64,000 nt of DNA, taken from assembly GCA_034435435.1 (NCBI GenBank), contig DAOTXN010000052.1:42927-106926 (forward strand). Reading direction: 5' to 3'. The position numbers and the translations under genes were made by a program. This DNA is from Anaerolineae bacterium. Lineage in GTDB: Bacteria > Chloroflexota > Anaerolineae > S140-20. Position 1 is the stretch's first letter, and each line of letters starts with the position of its first letter. The notes below the pieces were generated by a model that saw only the letters and a list, made by a program, of their open reading frames with translations, searched no databases and had not been told where the DNA came from. Shown one piece after another: positions 36,024-42,851 of this stretch.

Positions 36024-36343
36024 TGAACACTCAGACAAGTTCACCGGGTTCCAACCAGCGCCCCTACTTTATCTGGAACGCCGACCTGAGCGAGGCCGAC
36101 GTGCGGCGCATCCTGGCCGAGGGCAGCGATTACTCGCGCGTGCAAATGATGAGCACCATCCTGCATTATGCGCGCTTCAAAGACATTTGGCAATACGTCA
36201 CTGCGCAGGATGTGCAAAAGTGGTTCTGGCAGATTCCCTGGCGCGACCCCGAGTTGCGCGATCATTGGCAGTGGGCCTTGACCCGCTGGGGATTTCCACC
36301 GCATGAATGTACTGACCCCGTTGCAGCGCGACTTTTTATATAG
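36020..36343 (+). CDS. Trp-rich 107-aa hypothetical protein, candidate partner (antitoxin?) of the downstream AbiEii-like nucleotidyltransferase
   Basis: The start (GTG 36020 / ATG 36023) overlaps the phd stop, and the 3' end overlaps the next ORF by 41 nt. No family recognised. Confidence 0.5.
   Translation: MMNTQTSSPGSNQRPYFIWNADLSEADVRRILAEGSDYSRVQMMSTILHYARFKDIWQYVTAQDVQKWFWQIPWRDPELRDHWQWALTRWGFPPHECTDPVAARLFI
36055..36104. repeat. Right copy of the direct repeat flanking the vapC-phd cassette (lies inside the 5' end of the next ORF)
   Basis: See the left copy. It encodes RPYFIWNADLSE; the left copy would encode RPYCIWNADLTE in a non-coding context. Confidence 0.7.
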
Positions 36344-36995
36344 CTTTTTCGCCCAACCGGCCGCCGCGCCTTTTGCCCTGACCGGCGGCACGGCCCTGGC
36401 CGCCTACTACCTGCACCATCGGTTGAGCGACGACATTGACCTGTTTGCCGTCGCGCCCATCAAAGATTTGCAAGATACGTCTATCCTCGATGCGGGACGG
36501 CTGGCTGCCACCGCGGCAGCAGAGGCCATCGGCGCCGCCTCTGAGACACGTGCCCTCTCCACAACACTGCATCAGGTATTCCTCACCCGCGCCGAGGAAC
36601 CACGCCTCAAAATTGACATTGTGCGCGACCCCGGACCGTCATTCGGTGAGATACAAACAGTTGAGGGCATTCGCGTGGATTCTCAACTCAACATTGCGGT
36701 TGGCAAGGTGAATGCTATCTTTGGCCGCACCACCGCCCGCGATTTCATTGATCTGTACACACTGTTGCACGCCGGCTTTAACTTTGATGAATTGTTCGTC
36801 CTGGCTCAGCAAAAGGATCCCGGTCTGGAAGAGTTCTACCTGAGCCGGATGATGCGTCTGGTTAGCCGTCTAGGTCCAGATGACATGCCCACAATACTCA
36901 AACCCATTGATCTGGAAGAGATGAAACGCTTCTTTCTCGATTTGGCCAACCAGTTAGCGGACCGGGCAAACCCAGCCCAATGGACACAAGCATGA
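36303..36995 (+). CDS. Nucleotidyltransferase of the AbiEii/AbiGii (DUF1814) toxin family
   Basis: The N-terminal block FALTGGTALAAYYLHHRLSDDIDLF matches the family signature GG.AL...Y..R.S.D.D.F. Confidence 0.65.
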   Translation: MNVLTPLQRDFLYSFFAQPAAAPFALTGGTALAAYYLHHRLSDDIDLFAVAPIKDLQDTSILDAGRLAATAAAEAIGAASETRALSTTLHQVFLTRAEEPRLKIDIVRDPGPSFGEIQTVEGIRVDSQLNIAVGKVNAIFGRTTARDFIDLYTLLHAGFNFDELFVLAQQKDPGLEEFYLSRMMRLVSRLGPDDMPTILKPIDLEEMKRFFLDLANQLADRANPAQWTQA

Positions 36996-39625
36996 CTGAC
37001 CACGTAACCCTGACCATGGACGACCGCCAAATCACCGCCCCCCCCGGCACGCTCATCGTAGACGCCGCCAAGCAGGCCGGCATAGACATCCCGGTCTTTT
37101 GCTACCATCCCAAGCTCTCGCCGGTGGGTATGTGCCGCATGTGTCTGGTCGAGGTCGGCACACCTGCGATTGACCGGGCCACCGGCGAGGTGCAGCGCGA
37201 TGAACACGGCCAACCTGTCATCCGCTGGTTCCCCACGCTGCAAACCGCCTGCACCACGGCCGTCTCCGAGGGCATGGTCGTGCGCACGCAGACCGAACAG
37301 GTGATCCGCGCCCGTAAAGACATCATCGAGTTCCTGCTCACCAGTCACCCGCTGGATTGCCCCGTGTGCGACAAGGGCGGCGAGTGCCCGCTGCAAAACT
37401 TGACCATGGCTCACGGTGTGGGCGTCAGTCGCTTCGATTTCGACGATAAACAACACCTGGCCAAGCGCGTCCCGCTGGGCGATCTGATCATCCTGGACCG
37501 CGAGCGCTGCATCCAGTGCGGGCGCTGCGTGCGCTTCCAAGACGAGATCGCCGGCGACCCGGTGCTGGGCTTTACCCACCGCGGCCGTCAATTGGAAATC
37601 ACCACCTTTTCCGACCCGCCCTTTGACTCTTACTTTGGCGGCAACACCACCGACGTCTGCCCGGTCGGCGCGCTGACCACCACCGATTTTCACTTCGGCG
37701 CCCGCCCCTGGGAGCTGACCCGCCACGCCAGCGTGTGTAACCACTGTCCCGTCGGCTGCAACATCACGCTAGACACCCGCGCCGACGGGCGCACGGGCGA
37801 ATGGGTCATCAAACGGGTCATGCCCCGACAGAACGAACAGGTCAATGAAATCTGGATTTGCGACAGAGGGCGCTACGGCCATCACCACACCCGAGCTGCC
37901 GACCGACTGACCACGCCCCTCGTTCGGCGCAATAACGAGCTGGTCGAAGCCACGTGGGATGAGGCATTGGCCGCCATCGTCAAGCGCCTCAAAGCTCTGC
38001 CCCCGCCCCAGGCCGCTGGCGTGGCCGGCGACCGGCTGGCCAACGAAGACCTGTTCCTGTTCCAGGCCCTGCTGGCCGACGTGATCGGCACGCCGCACAT
38101 CGACACCTATCCTGCCGCGCCCGGCGCCCACCTCGTCGCCCGCTATGGCGTCGGATCCACTACCGATTGGGCGCAACTAGGACCAGAAAGCGTCATTCTG
38201 GTCGTCGCAGGCGACGTGGAAGAGCAAGCGCCAATCTGGTATCTGAGACTCAAGGCCGCCGCTCAACGCGGCGCGAAGCTCATCACCATCAACGGGCGCA
38301 AAACCAGGCTAGATCGCTACACCAACCACCACCTGCAGGCCCGCTATGGCAGCGCCGCGCACCTGCTGCTAGGGTTGACTCGCCTGCTCCTGCCTGACGA
38401 CTGCGGCGTCAAAGGTGTGGATAGACTCCGCGCCAACCTGTCCGGTCTGGATCCGGTCGCCGTTCAACGTCTGACCGGCGTCGCGCCCGATGACTTGAGC
38501 GCCGTGGCCGCCGTCGTTGGCAAGGCCGAAAACCTCATCGTCGTCTTTGGCCGAGAGGGACTGAACGATTATGGCGCGCAGGCGCTGGCCCAGGCCGCGA
38601 CCAACCTGCTGCTGGCGACCGGTCACGTGGGCCGGACCAACACCGGCCTGTTGCCTCTGTGGCCCCACGCCAACACCCAGGGCGCAGCCGACATGGGTGT
38701 GCGGCCCAACGCTGGCCCCGGCTATCAGGCTATCCTCGAACACGGCTGGGATTTCGACAGCATGCTGAGCACCGCCGCCAACGGCAGTATGAAGCTAATG
38801 TGGATCGTCGGGGCCGATCCAGCAGGCGACGATCCGTCCATCACGCCGGCGCTGGACGGTTTGGACTTTCTCATCGTCCAGGAGCTATTCTTGACCGACA
38901 CAGCCCGTCAGGCCGACGTGGTCTTGCCTGCCCTGAGCTTTGCCGAGCGCGACGGCACATTCACCAGCGCCGACCGGCGCGTACAACGTTTCGAGCGCGC
39001 CCTGCCGCCGCTCGGCCAGGCCCGGGCCGACTGGGCCATCTTTACCGAGGTCGCCCGGAGGCTAGGAGCCGAATGGAGTTACGCGTCGGCGGGCGACGTT
39101 TTAGCTGCCATAAACAGAGCCATCCCCCAATATGCCGACCTCACGTTGGCCGCCCTGCGCGCCAGCGCACCCCAGTGGCCGCCCGTAGGCTATGATTCGC
39201 TGTATTTTGGGGGTACCGTCTACCAGAACAATGGCGGCCTGGGTTTGCGCTGGCGAGCCGCCGCCGAAAACGACGATTTCGAGCCTGCCTTCGACTGGGT
39301 CGAGCTGCCCACGCTGCACGAGACCGACATGATCGCCGTGCCCGTGCGCTGGCTGTATCAATCAGGCGCGCTCATCAACCGATCTGAGGTGCTCCGGGGC
39401 CGGCTGCGCGGAGCCGTAGCCGAGTTTAACCCGACCGACGCCGAAAGGTTAGAGCTTGTGGCAGGGAGTCCGGCCAGTCTAAGTTTGGGTGGGCGCGCGG
39501 TCGAGTTGGTCGTCAAAGTCAACGCCAGAGCGCCCGTGGGAGTGGCGCTGGTACCAAGCAACCTACCCCCAGGACCGCTCACTATCGAGTACGTGCCCGG
39601 CACTTTGAAAGTGCCGGGCACATGA
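36980..39625 (+). CDS. nuoG: NADH-quinone oxidoreductase subunit G
   Basis: 2Fe-2S and 4Fe-4S ligand blocks: CYHPKLSPVGMCRMCLVEV, HPLDCPVCDKGGECPLQ, CIQCGRCVRF. Followed by a molybdopterin-oxidoreductase-like body. An alternative ATG lies at 36992. Confidence 0.9.
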   Translation: MDTSMTDHVTLTMDDRQITAPPGTLIVDAAKQAGIDIPVFCYHPKLSPVGMCRMCLVEVGTPAIDRATGEVQRDEHGQPVIRWFPTLQTACTTAVSEGMVVRTQTEQVIRARKDIIEFLLTSHPLDCPVCDKGGECPLQNLTMAHGVGVSRFDFDDKQHLAKRVPLGDLIILDRERCIQCGRCVRFQDEIAGDPVLGFTHRGRQLEITTFSDPPFDSYFGGNTTDVCPVGALTTTDFHFGARPWELTRHASVCNHCPVGCNITLDTRADGRTGEWVIKRVMPRQNEQVNEIWICDRGRYGHHHTRAADRLTTPLVRRNNELVEATWDEALAAIVKRLKALPPPQAAGVAGDRLANEDLFLFQALLADVIGTPHIDTYPAAPGAHLVARYGVGSTTDWAQLGPESVILVVAGDVEEQAPIWYLRLKAAAQRGAKLITINGRKTRLDRYTNHHLQARYGSAAHLLLGLTRLLLPDDCGVKGVDRLRANLSGLDPVAVQRLTGVAPDDLSAVAAVVGKAENLIVVFGREGLNDYGAQALAQAATNLLLATGHVGRTNTGLLPLWPHANTQGAADMGVRPNAGPGYQAILEHGWDFDSMLSTAANGSMKLMWIVGADPAGDDPSITPALDGLDFLIVQELFLTDTARQADVVLPALSFAERDGTFTSADRRVQRFERALPPLGQARADWAIFTEVARRLGAEWSYASAGDVLAAINRAIPQYADLTLAALRASAPQWPPVGYDSLYFGGTVYQNNGGLGLRWRAAAENDDFEPAFDWVELPTLHETDMIAVPVRWLYQSGALINRSEVLRGRLRGAVAEFNPTDAERLELVAGSPASLSLGGRAVELVVKVNARAPVGVALVPSNLPPGPLTIEYVPGTLKVPGT

Positions 39626-39635
39626 GGAGACCGGT

Positions 39636-40655
39636 ATGCTTGAAGCATTGATCAAAAGCCTGGTTATCGTCGCCACCATGCTGACCGGGTTCGCCTATAT
39701 GACCTGGGTCGAGCGCAAAGTGGTGGCGCGGCTGCAAACCCGCTACGGCCCCAACCGGGTCGGGCGGTTCGGGCTGTTGCAACCCCTGGCCGATGGCATC
39801 AAGCTCATTTTCAAAGAAGAGCTGATCCCCGCCCAAGCCGACCGGGTCATTTTTGTGCTGGCTCCCATCATCACGGTCGTCCCGGCGCTGCTCATCTTTG
39901 CAGTTATTCCGATGGGCGGCGCGCTGCGCATTGGCGGGACCGAGATTGCGCTCGGCTTGGCCGATATTAACGTGGCTGTGTTGTACGTCCTGGCGATCAC
40001 ATCCATCGCCGTATACGGCATTGCCCTGGCCGGATGGGCCTCGAACAACAAATATGCACTCCTGGGCGGGGTGCGCTCGACGGCGCAGATGATCAGTTAC
40101 GAACTGCCGCTGGCGCTGGCTATCGTCGGCGTGCTGCTGCTCAGCGGCAGCATGAGCCTGAACGACGTGGTGGGGCGGCAAGAAAAAACCGGCGTGTGGT
40201 TCATCTTTGTGCAACCCATCGCCGGGTTCATCTTTTTGATCACCGCCCTGGCAGAGACGAATCGCGCCCCCTTTGACTTGCCCGAAGCCGAACAGGAATT
40301 GACCGCCGGTTATCACACCGAATACAGCGGGATGAAATTCGCGTTGTTCTTTATGGCCGAGTATATTAAAATGATCGCCGTCAGCGCGCTGGCCGTGACC
40401 TTTTTTTTCGGCGGGTGGCTGCCCCCCTTTCCCAATCTGTTGCGCGGGCTGTGGGAGGCGGCCGGCGGATTTACCTGGCTCTCGCCGGTCTGGTTCGGCG
40501 CCAAAGTGCTGCTCTTGTTGATGATGATGGTGTGGATTCGGGCCACGCTGCCCCGCTTGCGCTATGACCAGTTGATGCACTTTGGGTGGAAGTTTTTGCT
40601 GCCGCTGGCGCTGCTCAACGTAGTGCTGACGGCGGGGGTGTTGGTAATTTGGTAA
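39636..40655 (+). CDS. nuoH: NADH-quinone oxidoreductase subunit H
   Basis: ERKVVARLQTRYGPNRVG, LADGIKL and ETNRAPFDLPEAEQELTAGYHTEYSG motifs. Confidence 0.95.
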   Translation: MLEALIKSLVIVATMLTGFAYMTWVERKVVARLQTRYGPNRVGRFGLLQPLADGIKLIFKEELIPAQADRVIFVLAPIITVVPALLIFAVIPMGGALRIGGTEIALGLADINVAVLYVLAITSIAVYGIALAGWASNNKYALLGGVRSTAQMISYELPLALAIVGVLLLSGSMSLNDVVGRQEKTGVWFIFVQPIAGFIFLITALAETNRAPFDLPEAEQELTAGYHTEYSGMKFALFFMAEYIKMIAVSALAVTFFFGGWLPPFPNLLRGLWEAAGGFTWLSPVWFGAKVLLLLMMMVWIRATLPRLRYDQLMHFGWKFLLPLALLNVVLTAGVLVIW

Positions 40656-40677
40656 GTTGGTAAATTGGGGAAGAAAG

Positions 40678-41244
40678 ATGTCGGAAAAGTCGAGAGACGG
40701 ATGGATCGAAACGATAAAAGCGCCGTTGCGCATCGCCGAAGGCATGCTCACAGTGTTGAGCCAGGCCTTCCGCAAGCCGGTGACAATTGAATACCCAGAA
40801 GTCAAGCGCCCGATGCACCAGCGCTTCAAGGGCCTGCACGAGCTCAAGCGATACGAAAATGGGCTGGAACGCTGTATCGGTTGTGCGCTGTGCGCGGCGG
40901 CCTGCCCCGCTGACGCTATTTTCGTCGAAGCCGCCGACAACACTGACGCGGAGCGCTATTCGCCCGGCGAGCGTTACGCCCGAGTCTACGAGATCAATAT
41001 GATCCGCTGTATCTTTTGCGGCTACTGTGAAGACGCCTGTCCCACCAACGCCATCGTGTTGGAGCGCAAGTACGAGCTTTCTGGCCCGACCCGCGAAGGG
41101 CTAATACATACTAAAGAAATGTTGCTGGTTCCGCCGCCGACGGCCGGGCTAGATACACCCCGCCAGGTCGAGCCGGGTAGCCACGACCAGGCGATTTTGC
41201 CGCTGGTGACCCGCTTCGGCAGCCCGATGGACCGTGAAACGTGA
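40678..41244 (+). CDS. nuoI: NADH-quinone oxidoreductase subunit I
   Basis: Two ferredoxin motifs: CIGCALCAAACP and CIFCGYCEDACP. The ORF is open from 40657. Confidence 0.9.
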   Translation: MSEKSRDGWIETIKAPLRIAEGMLTVLSQAFRKPVTIEYPEVKRPMHQRFKGLHELKRYENGLERCIGCALCAAACPADAIFVEAADNTDAERYSPGERYARVYEINMIRCIFCGYCEDACPTNAIVLERKYELSGPTREGLIHTKEMLLVPPPTAGLDTPRQVEPGSHDQAILPLVTRFGSPMDRET

Positions 41245-41295
41245 TGCGTAAAACATAACCGGCGCGTTTCACGCTTCACGCTTTGCGTTTTACGA
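41230..41295. repeat. Intergenic hairpin element, CGTGAAACG / CGTTTCACG family (copy 2), at the nuoI-nuoJ junction
   Basis: cgtgaaacgtga pairs with tcacgcttcacg at 11 of 12 positions. It is followed by heptamer series TTTCACG CTTCACG CTTTGCG TTTTACG. Compare 23061-23110. Confidence 0.5.
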
Positions 41296-41313
41296 GCACA
41301 GGAGAGCAATGTC

Positions 41314-41829
41314 GTGATCCTTGACACCATACCATTCTTAATCCTCGCTGCCATCGCCGTGGCGGCGGCCCTGGCAATGATTTTCAGCCGCAACGCCATT
41401 CACGCGGCGCTGTTCCTGGTCATCAATTTCAGCGTCATCGCCGTGTTTTACCTGGCGCTCAATGCTCCGTTTCTGGCGATGGTCCAGGTGGCTGTATACG
41501 CCGGAGCCATCATGGTGTTGTTCCTGTTCGTGATTATGTTGCTGGGAGCCGAGCGATTGGATTACAAAAGCAAGCTAGAGTGGCAACGCCCGCTGGCCTT
41601 TGTGTTGGCGTTGGCCCTGTTGGCCGAAGGAGGATACCTGTTATTCGAGGGCCTGGGTAGCCCGCCTGAAATGGCTCAGGCCATCACCGACAGCAGCCCA
41701 CAGGCGGTCGGCGCGGTGCTGTTCGACAGCTATCTGTTCCCTTTCGAGGTCACGTCAGTGCTGCTGCTGGTAGCGATGATTGGGGCCATCGTGCTGACGC
41801 TTGACACTAAAAAGGAGAAAAGGGGATGA
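41314..41829 (+). CDS. nuoJ: NADH-quinone oxidoreductase subunit J
   Basis: 5-TM protein; position in the operon; [16 protein letters not shown] motif. The GTG start follows AGGAGA. Confidence 0.85.
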   Translation: MILDTIPFLILAAIAVAAALAMIFSRNAIHAALFLVINFSVIAVFYLALNAPFLAMVQVAVYAGAIMVLFLFVIMLLGAERLDYKSKLEWQRPLAFVLALALLAEGGYLLFEGLGSPPEMAQAITDSSPQAVGAVLFDSYLFPFEVTSVLLLVAMIGAIVLTLDTKKEKRG

Positions 41830-42128
41830 TCACCGTCACGCATTACGTTGGCTTGAGCGTGATCCTGTTCATCATCGGCGTGCTGGGCGTGCTTATCCGG
41901 CGCAACGCAATACTCATTTTTATGTCGGTGGAGTTGATGCTTAACGCAGCCAATCTGGCCTTTGTGGCCTTTGCCCGCCACTATGACCACCTGGATGGGC
42001 AGCTCATCTCGTTTTTCGTGATGACGGTGGCGGCGGCCGAGGTCGCTGTGGGCTTGGCGCTGATCGTGACCATTTTCAAGACTAGACGCAGCATTGACGT
42101 GGATGAGATCCACGCGATGAAAGGATAA
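41826..42128 (+). CDS. nuoK: NADH-quinone oxidoreductase subunit K
   Basis: 100 aa with 3 TM. Motifs [11 protein letters not shown] and [14 protein letters not shown] overlap with nuoJ. Confidence 0.9.
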   Translation: MITVTHYVGLSVILFIIGVLGVLIRRNAILIFMSVELMLNAANLAFVAFARHYDHLDGQLISFFVMTVAAAEVAVGLALIVTIFKTRRSIDVDEIHAMKG

Positions 42129-42129
42129 A

Positions 42130-42441
42130 TCATTCGAGAGCAATTCTGCCGGCGCTCACATCGCGCACAAGCTGTTCATAGACATCGTCCCGCGAGCCGG
42201 CCCGGCGTATGCCAACACTGACCACCCACACAACATCGGCGTCAGGTTCATGGTGATAGATAATGCGATAGCGGCCCAGGCGAACCGTCCGATATGTTTC
42301 TAATTCGCCGCTCAGGGGCTTGCCGAACGCGGGATTGGCGCTCAAAACTTGCAACTTTTTGATAAAACCGGAGCGGAGCGACTTGGGCAAATGGGGGAGC
42401 CGATTTTGGTGACAGTGCTGCGTAATACGGACCTGACTCAC
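42130..42441 (-). CDS. RelE/ParE-family toxin, antisense to the nuo operon
   Basis: The C-terminal core YRTVRLGRYRIIYHHEPDADVVWVVSVGIRRAGSRDDVY matches the family. The GTG start forms a GTGA overlap with the antitoxin stop. The toxin stop is 1 nt from the nuoK stop. Confidence 0.75.
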   Translation of the reverse strand: MSQVRITQHCHQNRLPHLPKSLRSGFIKKLQVLSANPAFGKPLSGELETYRTVRLGRYRIIYHHEPDADVVWVVSVGIRRAGSRDDVYEQLVRDVSAGRIALE

Positions 42442-42752
42442 TCGACACCCCACTCAGCTCGGAGTTGGTCGAGTGCGACGTACCGACCGGCAGCGATGTC
42501 ATCAGCGCTGCGGCGGAGGTCGTCCATCGTCTCAGAATCGGCCAGGATTTCCAGGGTTTCGACCCAGCTTTCCAGCCGGTCAACGAGGTTTAATAGCCGC
42601 GCCATCTCATCCCGGCCGACCAGGACGACGTCGGCCCGGTTGCCCTGCATGATCGAAATCGGCGTGCCGGCGCGGGCTTTGTCCAGGTAATACGAAAGGT
42701 TTTTGCGCAAATCAGACACCAGCACGACTTGATCGGAAAACACGACGCTCAT
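42438..42752 (-). CDS. Phd/YefM-family antitoxin
   Basis: N-terminus VLVSDLRKNLSYYLDKARAGTPISIMQGNRADVVLV. It lies upstream of, and overlaps, the RelE/ParE toxin. SD CAGGAGG. Confidence 0.75.
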   Translation of the reverse strand: MSVVFSDQVVLVSDLRKNLSYYLDKARAGTPISIMQGNRADVVLVGRDEMARLLNLVDRLESWVETLEILADSETMDDLRRSADDIAAGRYVALDQLRAEWGVE

Positions 42753-42780
42753 CCTGGCCTCCTGGAAAGGTTGTGCTATT

Positions 42781-42813
42781 ATTTTATCACAAATAACGTA
42801 CTGTGAAAAGTAC
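42781..42813 (-). promoter_or_regulatory. Candidate promoter/operator of the phd-relE module
   Basis: On the minus strand there is an extended -10, TGATAAAAT. Upstream of it lies the inverted repeat GTACTTTTCACAGTAC (42798-42813), overlapping the -35 region. Confidence 0.35.
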
Positions 42814-42851
42814 CATTTCAGACTAACTCAAACGTACATAGTGGAGTCATT

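Noticed and set aside
39582-40943. 453-aa minus-strand ORF overlapping nuoH and nuoI. Similar long antisense ORFs occur at 36836-37744, 53078-54280, 57795-59141, 48931-50055, 18181-18918 and 46345-47112.
   Set aside because: All are antisense to genes with unambiguous family motifs (nuoG/H/I/N, pmbA, the ABC transporter, the alpha-oxoamine synthase, the kinase). All have Arg/Gly/Pro/His-rich compositions expected from reading GC-rich codons backwards.
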